A stretch of 64,000 nucleotides of DNA from Microthyrium microscopicum (Eukaryota). Location of the stretch: NCBI GenBank assembly GCA_010405405.1, contig MU004237.1:410191-474190 (forward strand). The letters are read 5' to 3'. The notes beneath the pieces were generated by a model that was given only the letters and a program-made list of their open reading frames with translations, was not told the origin of the DNA and did no database searches. Both the position numbers and the translations under genes were made by a program. Shown one piece after another: positions 12,302 to 26,275 of this stretch (positions are counted from its first letter, which is position 1; each line of letters starts with the position of its first letter).

Positions 12302-15300
12302 GTGGCGTGATAGAAGTAATGTCTCAATATTGATACCACTTATATTACATGCGAAATAATGAATTACAAGAACTTAAATGCCCTTACTCCGCCCTCTTCC
12401 TGTCGTTGACCATGTTGGTTCAATAGTAGTGAAAAACTCAGCGAGATTTATCATGCCTGATCGATCCACCTTGCTGAGGGTAGCCGTAAGTTAAGCATCG
12501 TGTCTTTACCATAGTTGACTACGAATTTTGGTGGTGTAGAAGCTTGATCTTCCTCTTCCAGGGCAGTCAGAATATTCTGGTATCTCCACAGCTGTGTGCC
12601 ATACCTCGCTACCAAAGCCCGTTTGCAAAGATGAGTCTCCCATTGGTAAAGCAGAACCCGTACCCTTGGATCTTGGACATGGTACTCAGAGACAAATCTA
12701 GGATCCGACACAACGATAGCGGAGCAGATTGTATTGCCAAAACTACGAAGACTCGCAATTGGCTGAGAAGCTGTTAGTGCATAGCGAGGTCGTCCCATTG
12801 CAAGATGAGGTAGCTCGCAGTGAGGGTTCTGTTCCAGAATGCCGTTTGGAACCAGTTTGTCGTGCTCGAAGAAAGCGTAAGTTCCTAGGCAATAGCTGCA
12901 CGGTGTGCGGGATTTAGACTGCTGTATTCATCGGTAGTAAGATTTCTCATTGGAAGTAGTCTTCGTGGCCCTCTTGGAGAGTAGCGTCGAGCCGCTTTGG
13001 CTAGTTCGCACTGTTCCTGCATGAATACAGTGAGAGCATTGGTGCCATCATTGTAGGTAAGCAATTTGAAATCTGTGGGGTATTGATCCAAATCAATTGG
13101 ACTTTGCTGAGCCATGATAGGAGTTGGAACTGTACCGCCGGGGCACTTGATAGTTGTCAAATGTAACAGATAATGCATCATCGCGATTGACGATTGCTCT
13201 GTTATATGTACCTCATTGTGCGTTGGAAAATGAGATATTCGAATCTTACAATCAGAGATGTCTATAGTGAAATGGTTGCGTTTACCTCCGTCTCTGTTCA
13301 CCAGCCAGTGTCCAACGGATTGCTTCCAAGAACCATAATGTTTTTCAGCGACTGAAAATCTTGTTAGATGTCTTCACAAGAGCCACTAGCACAATGTCTT
13401 TTTGACGTTGTATGCTACAGGAAATTATCCAAACAAATATGTTCATTTCCCTACTACATTGAAATAGTCAAGAAAGATGAAAATTCGTAGGCAAAGAAAG
13501 ACTGTAGTAGTAGATGACAGGCGGCTGAGTTCCTACCCTCGGATCCATGTAAGAAGCATGACGGGCTTGACGGGTGATGAATTCTCGTTGTTGTCAATCG
13601 TGTGTGATATTCAATTTCTCAAAATCAAGCTTGTTTGCCGCCCGTAGTTTAGTGAAGTTACAATGACTACTGCACTTAAACTGCAAGCCCATGAGCCGTT
13701 TACGGGTCAGTAACAGCTACAAATCAAGTCAAGAGAATACTGCAAGTAAGGTGAGCGTACATCTTAGGCTGTCGCAAGTGACTGCCTAACGTAGACCGAC
13801 GATATGCAGTCCCATGTTCAGCACATTGGCTGCATTCTCGGAAGTTACATGCCGTTCTGCAGGCCAACTGATTTAGCTTCCAAGCTTCCACTACAACGCA
13901 TACTGAATCAAAAGTGGTGAAGTGGTGAAAATAGAAGTGAAAAATGCAGGGAGGGAAAGGCAGAATATGTACTTTGCCGTACAGTTGGGTTTGCCCAAGG
14001 ACAGAGGCAGTGCCGCGCGTAGGCCCTGAAGTAGGTCACAGAGACGTTGGAGGATTCCAAGCGGCAGTATAGGAGTTCTGGTAGGTGAAACTTAAAATTC
14101 CGAAGTATGATTGATATCATGAGGATTCAATCTCCACCGTCATTTTCAAAAACCTACGGCCGAGGAGGCCTTGTATTATGCATGCCGAAAATATCGAGAT
14201 TTCCATCATTTTGGAACCACAGTGCAGTAACCAGGTCCTTTTACATCTTCAGGCACATTAATCACATGTAGGCGTGATAATACCAACGTCCAGCTTACGC
14301 GAACTCTAGTTCTTGAATCCTTATCCCCTACCCCTGATTCTATCTGGGATCGGAGACAGGGTCATTGTGATTCAATTGTGACAACATCAAAATCACACAC
14401 TGCCCCATGATATATCACTGCATGAGCGAGGTCCACCTCCAGCCGCACTGCATAATTAGCATCCAGATTCCAGAAAGATCACCAACCGTTAAAATCCGAA
14501 AAATGGTTAGCATAAATCAGCCTCGGTCTGTTGGATATCAAGTCTCCAACGAGGCTGGACCTGACTGCTCAACGAACCATATTGTGCCCGCCACGAAGAT
14601 GTTGCACCCCACAAGTCCATTTTCATGCAAAAGACGGCTCTCGCCAGTTTCAGCATTAAATTTAGCTTGACAGCCATGCTTCCGCGAAGCCTGTCCAATC
14701 GAGCCTGTGGGTCGTTGAAGGCATCTGATCCTTTGCAGCACTGATTGGTAGATGGACAGCCAATAGCGGGGTAGAAGGCTTGCTCAGATGCACTCTTAGC
14801 CAATCGTATGATCGGACTTGCTGATCTTGGACGATCCTCGTCCGTGCGGGCGGCTAGGCAAGGCTGAAGCCTGAAACCCATGCAGCAAAACCCCTGAGAA
14901 AGGCCAAAGAACTTACAGACGGCCATCAGCACGCTCTTGAGGGATGGGACAATTCCAATTGGTATTTGCGGCAATCCGGGAGGCGGGAAGCAACTGTGTG
15001 CCTTGCTGGGCCCCCTAGCTGCAGAAGTGGTGAGGTTGTGCAACTGGCGCGCGGAAAACCATGCAACTGCTGTTGATCAGATGGTGCTGGTTTGGCGCCT
15101 ATGCAAAAGTTGTACGCTTGGAAGAAACTAATAATCCTTTTCTTGTGCACAAACTTCTTTCTTCATTACTGGTGTGCTTTCCCAACAGCTTGATCGTATA
15201 GGCTTCAAAGGTTCATGATGGCTGAGTCTGTATGATTGAGCTAGCGTCGTGTGGTAGGGCGAAATTCTTGTCATACACTACTTCGGATATGAAAAGAGCA

Positions 15301-15798
15301 TGAAACTAGGGAACAAGCGATATTCCGAGAACTCTTCGCCTTGACCTACGATTCAACCTGCATATTGCGAGTGTGCCTTTCTGTTGCAACACTCTCCATC
15401 CAACACTTCTGGAATTTCATCGTCATCCACTGGCTGGCATTGAGGCTGAGACCGTTCAACGCTCATATGCTTAACACCATAGACAATACACTAAGAGTTT
15501 ATATATCCGATGCTCTTAGACATTGACACAAGCACGCATCAAGTCGCCAGTTCTATCCCTCTGGCTATCAGCGTTTTGACAAGGCTTCAGCACTATTATA
15601 ACACGAAGCACTAAGACATCAACTCCACCGTCTTGAGAATAGGACCAAATAAAGACATAGCTGCTGTAAACCAGTAAAGCGTACACATAGCTCCCACCGC
15701 CGACACACCATACACCAATATCATTCCACAATCCTCTCGGCTCATACCACCACTCCACTACCACATCAAAAATCTCTCCAACCAAAATTTCTGCCACA

Positions 15799-16500
15799 AT
15801 GTCTTCGCCACCACCAACCCCCGACCCATCAACATACGATTCCCCAACATCCCCCAGCACCCCCTCAATATCGCCTGTTCAAATCATCGTCATCGCGCTA
15901 GTCATCGGCGCCGTCATATCAATCTGCATCGGCACATCCTGCTTCTGCTCCCGTCGGCGTCGGAAATCACAAGAACAGTGCACGACCATATTACCAGTCA
16001 CCACGCGAAATGACTGGATGAGGCTACATACGCCTGTGTATGCTCATGAAGACTCTTCTCCTCCTGGACTCGCAAATATCGGTGTGGTGAGCAACCAAAG
16101 TACCACAACAAGACAAACGCCAACAAGACCACCAAGAAGAGGATGGAGTCCACTCGGCAGTCTACGGAGAGCGGGTAGTGTAAGAAGTGTCGATGATCCA
16201 CCGCCACGGTATGAGCAGGCGCAACATGATGCTGTTGTGTCGCCGAATAGGGAACCGATACGTGGCCTAGGACTGGCGCTGAGTACGGACTCTATAACCG
16301 AAGAGGCGGGAAGGGGTACGATGGGGTTGGCGGTCACGATTCCAAGTCCGACGTTGAGTCGTATCGAAGAGCGGAGTGCAGAGGCCCGCAGCGCGATATC
16401 TCCTAGATCGCCGAGGAGTGCGGTGAGTCCGAGAAGTGCAATGTCGATGGCGACGAGTCCGGGGTTGCCAGCAGATCAGGGCCTGGGACTTGCGTTTTGA
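15799..16500 (+). CDS. Single-pass membrane protein with cytosolic PY motif
   Basis: 233-aa ORF; TM IIVIALVIGAVISICIGTSCFC followed by RRRRK; PPPRY (Rsp5/Nedd4 WW-binding consensus PPxY). Confidence 0.75.
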   Translation: MSSPPPTPDPSTYDSPTSPSTPSISPVQIIVIALVIGAVISICIGTSCFCSRRRRKSQEQCTTILPVTTRNDWMRLHTPVYAHEDSSPPGLANIGVVSNQSTTTRQTPTRPPRRGWSPLGSLRRAGSVRSVDDPPPRYEQAQHDAVVSPNREPIRGLGLALSTDSITEEAGRGTMGLAVTIPSPTLSRIEERSAEARSAISPRSPRSAVSPRSAMSMATSPGLPADQGLGLAF

Positions 16501-16950
16501 TGAAAAGTGATGAGAATGGCTGAAGGAATCGGAATGGGCTACGACTTGCCATGCCGGCTGGCACATTGTTACAGTGGTTGAATCCTGGTCAGTTCATGAC
16601 ATAGACCGGCGAGACAAGGCACACTGGGCTGAAGCTTGAAGCAAGTTACGAAAGCATGTACCTATATTACGATCGATATCCCGCGAGCTATTGCAAGACA
16701 TGAATACCTATAAATCTTTTGAATATAACACTACCAGTGCCAATGTACCCCGACCTAAATGCTGTAAAAGACGTGCATCCGCCCTGATCCGAATGGAAAC
16801 CGGGATTCCTGACCAATGTATATGTGTACGTGTGTATGTCTACCAGATGGATCCCAATATACACAAGCCGTCAAAATCCAAAAACTCCTAAAGATGAAAA
16901 AAACGGCAAAAGTACAAAACTTTGCTATGCCTGGCGAACGCGCCAGTATG

Positions 16951-17963
16951 TCAGGGGGTATCATTGCTTGTATTTATTGCAGCAAGCCGGCCAAACTGTC
17001 GCTGAAGAAAATGGGAAACAATCTTTTTTTTATCGTCTCGGTGTCGAGTTGATTTAGTGTGCTTTGGGGGGCTTCTTTTTTGGCGGTGCCACTTTGGGGG
17101 GTGTGCCGCCTTGTTTGCGCCATTCGAGGAGTTCCGCTGCGTTATGTGTCAGTATCGATTCGAAATTGGAAGGTCAGACGACGTACCGCGCCGTTTCTCG
17201 AATAGATGTTTGTCTTCGATGGATGGATGGGGTGATGTGTGGAAGGAGAGGTAGCGAACGCTGACCTGTCGCTCGGCTTTGGGACATGAGCGGAACTTGG
17301 CGTGGACGCAGCGCGATACGGGTGGGCGGAAGAGATATCGGATTTCAACCTGGGAGCGATTCGTTAGCATGTCTGGTGCATGGTGATGGTCTTGATAGAA
17401 GTTCGCCTATAAGAGGGAAAGGAGCGTCATGGACATAGGAGAAGTTTGCTGCATACCAGTGTCTCCCAGAGCTGGATCCATTTGTGAGCTCGATGATCAA
17501 TCACATAGTCATTGGTTATGTCTGTGTCTGCAACCCATCCTTCGCCGATTGCTTCTTTTGATATTTCTTTCCATAGTTTCCGCCGCCAGTCTTCAAAGTC
17601 AGAACTTGCCAGCGTCTTGCGAAGTTTTTCATCCATTACAATTATTGGGAAGACGAAGGCTTGTATGGAATGGTCGTAGGTGAGCGTTGCGGACTTAAAT
17701 AGTCTAGATTGAGCGATTATTTGCGCGACTTTTGTGTTGGCTCGTGGCAATGTGAAGGAGACTTTGTTTGAGGAAGACGAGGATCTCAGTTTGCGGACCG
17801 GGCAACGGAGGTGAGGAGATGGGCAGGCGGAGGGTGTTGGAGCCAGGAGGTTGTCATGAACGAGCGAGTGTTTGCTGATGGACAATAGATTAAAATGGTA
17901 CTCCCCAAGGACGGACAGGCAGTTTTGAAAGTGATGATCAGGAGGGTTCAAGAAATCATGCAT
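16951..17963 (-). CDS. Hypothetical protein, 3 predicted exons
   Basis: ORF 17963->~17457 ends at CTG|GTATGC; middle exon VEIRYLFRP...AERQ after GCTAAC..CAG; last exon RNSSNG... to TGA at 16951; both junctions phase 0. Start codon uncertain. Confidence 0.45.
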
Positions 17964-18173
17964 ACGCCGGCAAGCGGAAGGAGTTCACGATGGCCACGCA
18001 CTAGGCCCGATTAAGCATGGTTGCCATGTGGTTCAATATGCGCGTGCTTGGAATGGCAAGCGCGCTACGCGTCTAGTAATATTTCCTGTAAATACCTACC
18101 TTACATTTGATCACATCCGAGCATATTTCATTTTCTTATGAACCCTCCACCGTACGATACAAATCCAGTCTGC

Positions 18174-20834
18174 TTAGCTCTCCAACCTCCACGCAGGAAC
18201 CACGCGATTACCAAGCATTCGCTGTCTTGTCTCATCATTGGCATCGTTAACTTCGACCATATAGGACGCGAAGGCTCGATTCAATTTAGCAACTTGCTCC
18301 AGATGAGTTAACGACAGCGGAGTATTCTGATGAGCTGCTAAAGCCAGCGCAGTTCGGACTGTATTTCTAATTTGACGTCCATTGAGCTTGTCAGCTTTCG
18401 TGTGTTGTGCGATCTTGTCGGCCAATTTTTTGGCTTGCTGTTTCGTGTCCATCTGGTCTCGGAGGAAAATTGACCAGATCTTAAGCTGTTGTTCGAATTC
18501 CAGCGGTGGCATGGACAATACGACATGTATTCGAGATTGAAATGCTTCGTCTATGTGGCCAGGTCGATTCGTTGTTAGGAACATGATTCCGTCGAAATAT
18601 TCCAGTTCTCGTAGGAATACTGATACCAAAGCGTTTCTTTCCAGCTGGCGAATGCTCCGCTCCTGAAGGAAGACATCGGCCTCGTCCAGGAGTAACACCG
18701 CATTCCAACGAGTAACCTTGTCGAAAACCTCTCGAAGAGTCCCTTCCACACTTGCATGGCTTACGCCTAGATCTCCACAGGTAACGGTATAAAGTGGCAT
18801 TTTCTGGTGTTCCGCGACGCATTCTACTCCTGACTTAGCATCAAATCGGCTGCTCAATTAGAATCTTAGAGTACTGATACTTACCTGCAGTAAGCGTTTT
18901 TCCTGTGCCTGGAGGCCCATGTAGAAGAATGACCAAACCTCGACCTTTGCCTCTCACGAGGTCGCTGAAGTTGTTGCCTCTTTGGATATGCGATTGTACC
19001 ATGGCCGCGATAACCCTCTTATGTTCGATATTGATTGCGACCCTTCTGAACGCATCACCTTCAAATTTTGGACTACGCAGGCAATCAATCTCCACGAAAC
19101 TCCAAGACTTCTTGACCAGAGAGAAAGCATGGATATGCGAAGGACAAAACAAAAACGCGTGCCTTGTGTCGCTGTCTGGCTCTTCACTCGGAGCAATGTC
19201 TAAGCTTGCAGAGTCCCCTTTGGTCTCTCTAGGCCGTACTTGTGTACCACTACCGCTCATGAAGCGGTGCCGGGGGAGATGGTTGTAGCTTCTAAGGGTG
19301 ACATACTATACGGTTATAAGATAGTGGCATAGGTTGATTGAAGGCAGACATACCGATGTCTTAACATTTGTCCATCTATCCCCGATGTACTGCAAGCAGA
19401 TGGTTCCTCTGGGATCCATGTCGGACTGGCATATATCGCATAGACATTCAGTCCGCGTCTGTATGTCCCTTTGTACGTCAATTATCACCCGAGTCGTATC
19501 CTTTTAAAGTTAGCCAACGGACATTGGCGGAAATGAATGGGTGATACCTCTGGTAAAGTCCTTGACCAGGCATCTCCAGTGTACTCCAAGTGCTGGGGAC
19601 CTCTTGCGTATGCCCAGTACTGGTTTCCACGAACGATCAAAGCGTCTTGGACCTTTGATTCTTCCGATAGATACCCGGCAGGCACATATGGCAAGTCTTG
19701 GACTGCTATAGATCGGTCACGACTTAAAAGATGAATTTCTTGGAAAACCGGTTCCAGTTTCGAAGCAGTTGAGTTGAAGTCCCAACTTTTGAGAGTTATG
19801 CTGAGTGTGAAGATATCGCTATCGCTGTCCTCATTATTTCGATACCAGTTTACTCTGTGGACTATATAAGCTCTCCACCGAACTCCATTTCGATATACGG
19901 TAGTTCCAGGAGGATAAAGCAGCCACATTGAGTCGAATGGAACGTCTACTATGTTTCCTAACACGATATTGTCGCACACCTTGGCTGTTTGTGGTAATTC
20001 TTGTCTCATTGTCTGAAGTAGAAATCCCAGTTGATCTCTTTCTTCACCCTTGCAAGAATCAAGGTATATTTGTAGCTTCTGCCAATTATGGAATATCATA
20101 ATGTATGGTTTTTCCAGCTTGGGGTCTGCACTGCTGAGGGACTGATGATCGGGGCCTGTGTACTGAGGGATCGCTTTTCGGACGGCGCCCGCCAGTATTG
20201 GCGATCGTATTTCCAGCCGTGGTTTGACTTTGAAAAGCACGGGTCGTCCGATAGGTCTCTTAACTGCCGGCTTCTGGTCTTGTGTGCTACGCTGTGGTAC
20301 AGCGTGTCGCTGTTGTGCCTTACTGAGCTGCTGTTGCTTTGCTTGATACGCGACGTTGCCCATTGTACTAGCTATGGGTTTACCGTACCAATTGAGCTGC
20401 CCTACTTCGAGGGTCCAGATGCTCTCTTCGCTGTCGCCGCTGTCATTGCTGTCGTCGCTGTTATCCCTGTCGTCACTATTCTCTCCGTCTTCATGATCTC
20501 CTCCAGCAGGCTTCAAATAGTCAGCAAGCTCGTACGCAGAAGGATCAATGCTGTCTCTGACAGTGCATTTCAAACCGTGTAGATATTTTGTAGACACTGT
20601 GTTGCCATTTTCCTGTCCAGTCACAAGACCTTCTGACACAAGAGGCCCTCCCTCATAAAATGTCCCATCACTGCCAGGTCTGCTTGCCTTACTATCTGAT
20701 TTTAGATTGTGTGCTGCGTCTTCAGGTGTAGTCTGACTAGTAATGACTTCTCCGTCCAGTCCTTCCGAGGAGCGTGAGAGAGCCGAGCTCCTAGATTCTG
20801 GACACGATCTCGGAGGTTCTCGCACGTCCGACAT
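18174..20834 (-). CDS. Fungal AAA+ ATPase (long N-terminal domain, single AAA module)
   Basis: Introns 19501-19547, 19306-19353, 18824-18884; DLVRGKGRGLVILLHGPPGTGKTLTAE (Walker A), LLLDEADVFL (Walker B), LEYFDGIMFLTTNR, DEAFQSRIH, LNGRQIRN. Confidence 0.92.
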
Positions 20835-21626
20835 TTCAATGGTGTGGTTCCACTCCGTATCGTCTCAAGCCGAAAGAAGTTTACTGTAGGCTGAGACTTA
20901 AACCCAACAGGGAATTAAGGAGAAGTAAGAAATTATGCTTTAAGTTGCCAGACAAATTCTCTTCGTCAAGAGAAAATGTACCCGAGTTCATAAAAAGATT
21001 GATCATTGAGATCACATATATCTCTTTTCAGGAAGCAGATGATGATACTGTAGGCAAGTACTCAATGCCAATCATTACCCAAATATTAAGTAATGTGATG
21101 AACTAATCACATTATTTAGGTTACTGTATAGTTTCGTGGAACCGAGCAAGCAAGCTATTGATTCTCGTGATCAAAGTTGTAAATGCGAGTAGGTGAATGG
21201 ACCGGACGGATGTTTATGAACTCGAAATAACTCGTTCCGCACCAAGGCTAGTAACAGTCACGCAAATAATGTTTCCATTGGTGTACTCAACTCATTCTGC
21301 TGATTCGGCTCAGAAGAAATGGACTGGATTGGAGATTTCTCGCAAGGCACCATCACCGCTTGTTCAACCAGTGGACAAATTGTTTTTCTCTCGAATAAGT
21401 TTTCCTTACTATCTTACTCAGGATCTGAAACTCAACTTTGGGACAGTTCAACGCTGTTCGTTCTGGGCATAATATCAAAACATAGCTGCGAACGGCTTAC
21501 AGTAAGTAGGTAGATAGTCACACGAAATATTCCTGATCTATGTCTAATAGGGTTCTAGGGCCAGGACTCAAGTCTCCGCTATTGACAGCTAGATATTGCA
21601 CTGTTGTCTAGATCGCCTGGTTCAAT

Positions 21627-24174
21627 ATGGCTAGTATCGTGGTTTCAGGCGCAACAAGCAATGAGGACGTCCTTTTGCAACAAGATGTATTACTGGAAAT
21701 TGAATCCGAAGAGCGAAAAGGGTGGATAACAAAGTTTACGAATGAGTGAGTGAAGACAACTTGCTACAATTCTGTTACTTTGTTGGAAACTAAATATAAC
21801 TTAGGGAAGATTTGCAGCGGCCTACCCGCAAGCTTCACGACGCGTTGGAGTCATTTGAAGAGTCCCTAAGCCTGAACGAGCTCCACGACGTTCGCCACAC
21901 AGAACAACAATGCCTCGAGGACTTTGAGAAAGTAATTACCGAAATGGCCGCCCGCGAGGATAAGAAAGGAAAGAGAAAAGAATGGATTCAAAAGCTGTGT
22001 AGAAGGTCAGAGCGATTTTGCTTGATAGCACTGCACTATCAAGAAGTCTTCAATGCTCTGAACAATCAGGCCCCTCAGTATACGTCGGTGATATGGGCAG
22101 CGGTTAGATTCCTTCTGGTATACAATACAAATAATGAGAAACTCAAGGCAAGCGTTGCGGATACTCTGGACAAAATTGGACGAGATCTTGAACAGCTTGA
22201 GGTTATTTCCACGTTACAACCTGTCAGACAGATTGTGACAGGAGTGACTGATACCTACAAGCATCTGATGGGCTTTCTAGCTGAGGCTTTAAGTTACTAC
22301 AAAGAGAGTCGCGTCAGTAAGTCTAATTCTCACAAACTCAGCTGTTCGGTCCTAAACAATGCTTAGCTCGATTTCGAAAGAACTTGACGCAGCCCTGGGA
22401 ACAGAGATTTCAGCATTCAGTTAATACGATAGAACAGGATGTTCAGAGAGTTCGTCATGTTGCTCAGATATGCCTTTTGAGTCTCGCTCAGAAGATGAAA
22501 GAGGGCATTTCTCTGCAGATTCAGGACATGGAACAAAAGATTGACCACAGCTCGGTAGTTTTGCAACAGGTGCTATCAGATACCGGTCTTCTGGTAAAAG
22601 AAGGAATCGAAATCCAAAATATGATGAAGGAAGCACAATCGTTGATCTCGGTACCAGTCAATCAATTTGCAGCCCTTGACATATGGAAACCGGCGATTAA
22701 GAGTATCCTCATTAATGGTATGAATTCGTCTTCTCGCGGGGAACTGTTCTAACAACGATCAGATCAAGTCCGCTACCAGACTCACCTGAGTCATTCTTCC
22801 AAAATATCTAGTATTTGTTTGTTCTCAGATGTACTTGATATAGAAAATGGAAGGCCGAATCAAACTCGGTGGATGATGACTTCTGCCACGGCGTTGCCCA
22901 AACTGGCCTCTCTGGAACAATCATGTAAAGAGCGACTTCTGCGTTATCGACTAAGTGAAAGAAAACTTTCACCACCATTAATGAACATTCAGTGCAATAT
23001 CGTCAAGAAAGGAGAGATGTTCCAATGGTTGCGTTGCAAAAAGTCATCTTTACTTTGGATCCAGGGCCGTCGCTTGTTGGGACCACTAGATTGGACTACT
23101 ATTATCTCATTGGAGGTGTCCGCTCTGGCTCAAGACATTCCCAATACCACTGTACTGGAGTGCTATTGCTACGAGTTCAGCCGCAAGACAGACACTACAG
23201 TGCAAACCATGCTGCAACTTTTTATTGTCCAGCTTGTAGCTCAACACGCCGGGCGGTTTACCAGTAACCTTTCTCATCAGCATACACTCAGCATCTGCAG
23301 GCTTGCGGCAGCAGAAAGTAATATGCTGAGTCTGTGGTCGATGTTTGCGTCATGTCTGGAAATAGCTTCGCCCAAACATCTTTATATGTTTATCGACAAT
23401 ATAGACAACTTGATTTTGCCAGAAAGAGCAGAAGGAGGCCTATCAGATGCCGAAATACTACTCGAGCTTCTGGATGGGCTTGCAAAAACTAGTACTCCCA
23501 TATGCAAGATTCTGGTCACATCGAGGCTTGACAATCAGGAAAGCATAGTCTCCAAGCTGACGACTATTCGACGTCAATTTCACCAAAGTCGATGTTATTT
23601 TCTGCAGGTTCCTCATTTTCCAGAGAAACTTGCCACACAAATCCAACCGCCACGTCGAGTCGTCAGATATGACTCGCAAGTGAAAAGAGTAAACACCGAC
23701 GAATGCGAAGAGATCTGCAAGCGAATGGACAGCGATTTGACCAATCCCGTCGAGGATCTGATAATGAAAACATCAGCTGGCAAACGGGAATCAACAGACG
23801 AAGATGATCTTCTCGATAATTCCGACGATTTTGACGATGCCAGCTCCATTGACTCGCCATCGACATTCATTAACACTCTTTCTGAACCTTCTGACCGGCG
23901 CATAAACCGAAAGATACCCAGATTGGAGGACTCTGGCGATCAAGAAGAGTTTACAGGCTCTGCATACCGCGCAAATGACTCACTAGGGAGAGCCCTGGAC
24001 TTTTGCTCCTCCGATGATGATTTGGACGAAGTTGATGATTCAGGTCCAAGTGATGATGGCCTTAGTTTCATGGGAAATAAAAATCCAGGTTCAGAGAGTC
24101 ATAATATTGATGCCATTGCTTCAGTTAGGCCAATGGAGTTCGAGACTGCTACTTCGAGTGATGACTCAGAATAA
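21627..24174 (+). CDS. NACHT/STAND-like (NLR-related) protein with degenerate Walker A and acidic tail
   Basis: ATG 21627; introns 21746-21804, 22317-22366, 22718-22762 all keep frame; helical N-domain (SVIWAAVRFLL...QPWEQRF); FQWL...SSLLWIQG; YMFIDNID; CKILVTSR. Confidence 0.75.
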
Positions 24175-25126
24175 GTACTGAGAGATTGTATTGGAAATTC
24201 ATCGTCGTCCGTTAAACAGGCAAGCCGGTCATTGCAAAAAACCAGCGGATATAAAACTCTATAAACCTTGATATCAAGGATTTTTTGTAAATCGGGCGAT
24301 GATAGAGGAAAAGAGCAGTTCATACAGGCGGTCGAACTTGAGGCTGCACCGAGTGCTCCACTCAGACGGAGGTAAAACAAAACTGTCAAGGCTGGGTAGT
24401 TCGGGTCGTCGAACGACTTGTCGATGCTGTAGTGGTGGAGCAACGCTGGTTGGAGCAGTTGGAGAAATTGTTTGAAGACGTGAATTGGAGACGGGATGTC
24501 TCACAAGATGGGTTGGGCGATATTTCCTGATTCTTAAGTTCTATACTAGTACATTCGGAGCCTCTATCTACTTATATCAGAAAGATTAACACAACTCCCC
24601 TGCCCAACTGCAGAATTAATATTGAAAATGCTCATTGCAGTGGTCTTGAATCTGTCCCCTATTGGCTCATAGACGCAAATCTACAACCGTGGCGTCGATA
24701 GTTTAACGCGCGCCTCTAGCCCCATCTTTTTTGCTTAAGATCTTTTGACTTGTTGACCGTTGACGTCTCAAACGTTTGCTTACGACTCTAGTAGGGATAA
24801 CACCTGTTCGCAACGTGGCAAGCGACATCTCTACGGCCGTGGCTATGGGTCAGCCAAAGACAGGTTGTAGCACCTCGGACTTACCTCTCATGTAGCCACG
24901 AACGTTACATGTGCCAAAAGCGTGCAGACTCAATCATATATCTTGCCCTCGATATCACATCAGCAGCTCTTGAAGTTCATCTCTCATACTGATTGTGATT
25001 GGAGCCGAGGCACAAGGGTAGCTTCTTATACCAGGCTGCTACAATCTCACTCATCAACCGCTACCATCCCAAACTCGCCCAACTTCCACAAGCTATACAC
25101 TACACGAAAACCGTTTCACCCTCACG

Positions 25127-26275
25127 ATGTCCGTCCCAGCCAACATAAACGACATCCCCTACGATGCTCCCCTCTCCATCCCCCGAGCCTCCCGATCCTT
25201 CATCCTCACCCAAAACCGCAAAGGCGCCGACCGCACGCACATCACCTTGCCTCCCGTCGATTTACGCAACAAATGGATCCTCATCAGCGGCTCCAACAAC
25301 GGCATCGGGAGAGAAGCCGCCATCCAATTCGCCGCCTGGGGCGCAAATCTCGTGCTCGCGGCGCGAAAACCTCCACCTACCGAAACGAGCCCCGAACAAG
25401 TCGTCGATGAATGTCTAGCAGCCGCGCGCAAGGCTGGGCATGAGGATGTGAGCGTAGAGTGGTGGGAAGTCGACTATACGAAGCTCAGCAGCGTGGAGGA
25501 GCTAGCGCAGAGATGGCTCGACACGGGAAGAGCTCTGGATGTGCTGTGCAACAATGCGGGTATAGGGAGTAGTCCGGGTGGAGGCAGTGTGTGGAAGACG
25601 GAAGATGGGTTTGAGATAATCCATCAAGTCAATCTGCTAGCCCACGTCCTGCTCACACTGCGGCTACTACCGTCGTTGGCGAAGGCGGCGGAGCCACGGG
25701 TGGTGTGTACGACGAGTTGTTTCCATTTTCTGGGGACGTTTGATCTACGGAATACGAATGGCGAGTTGGGCAAGACGGGGTCGGAAGGCGTGAATTATTA
25801 TCAGAATAATAAGCTGTGGTTTCAAGTGTGGTTGACGGAGCTGCAGAGGCGGTTGTTATTGAGCAAGGAGTATCAGCACATTACGGTCAATGGTGTACAT
25901 CCGGGGTATGTTAACAGCGGGATCTGGAATTTGAATACGGTGGGTGGGTGGTTTACGAGGATCAAGACATGGGTTGTCAAAATGATGGCGTACTACTTTG
26001 GAATCAATGAGCAGCAGGGCAGTTTGGCGATTCTACATGGCGCGACTGGTTTGAAGTCTGGCCCAGATCCGGAGCTTCAGGGAGTGGGTGAGAAAGGTGG
26101 TCTTGGTGGAGGACGGTACTTTTCGAGAACTACGGAGTTGGAGGCTATGCCACATGCTAGAGATCCGGATTGCAGGCAAAGAGTATGGCGAAAGGTCAAT
26201 GATGAGCTCAAGCTGGAGGATAAGGGCCTACTGAACGTGTTGGGTTTGAAGTACGAGGAGAGATCAAAGTTATGA
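25127..26275 (+). CDS. Short-chain dehydrogenase/reductase (retinol dehydrogenase/WWOX-like)
   Basis: ISGSNNGIG (Rossmann), LDVLCNNAG, YQNNK catalytic YxxxK, VHPGYV. Confidence 0.92.
   Translation: MSVPANINDIPYDAPLSIPRASRSFILTQNRKGADRTHITLPPVDLRNKWILISGSNNGIGREAAIQFAAWGANLVLAARKPPPTETSPEQVVDECLAAARKAGHEDVSVEWWEVDYTKLSSVEELAQRWLDTGRALDVLCNNAGIGSSPGGGSVWKTEDGFEIIHQVNLLAHVLLTLRLLPSLAKAAEPRVVCTTSCFHFLGTFDLRNTNGELGKTGSEGVNYYQNNKLWFQVWLTELQRRLLLSKEYQHITVNGVHPGYVNSGIWNLNTVGGWFTRIKTWVVKMMAYYFGINEQQGSLAILHGATGLKSGPDPELQGVGEKGGLGGGRYFSRTTELEAMPHARDPDCRQRVWRKVNDELKLEDKGLLNVLGLKYEERSKL

Noticed and set aside
12451..13301. Two adjacent minus-strand ORFs as one gene
   Set aside because: Different frames separated by a stop with no convincing splice sites or domain; possibly a decayed gene but unsupported.
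13400..15700. ORFs such as 14507-15043
   Set aside because: Non-ATG starts and no recognisable protein features; treated as intergenic.
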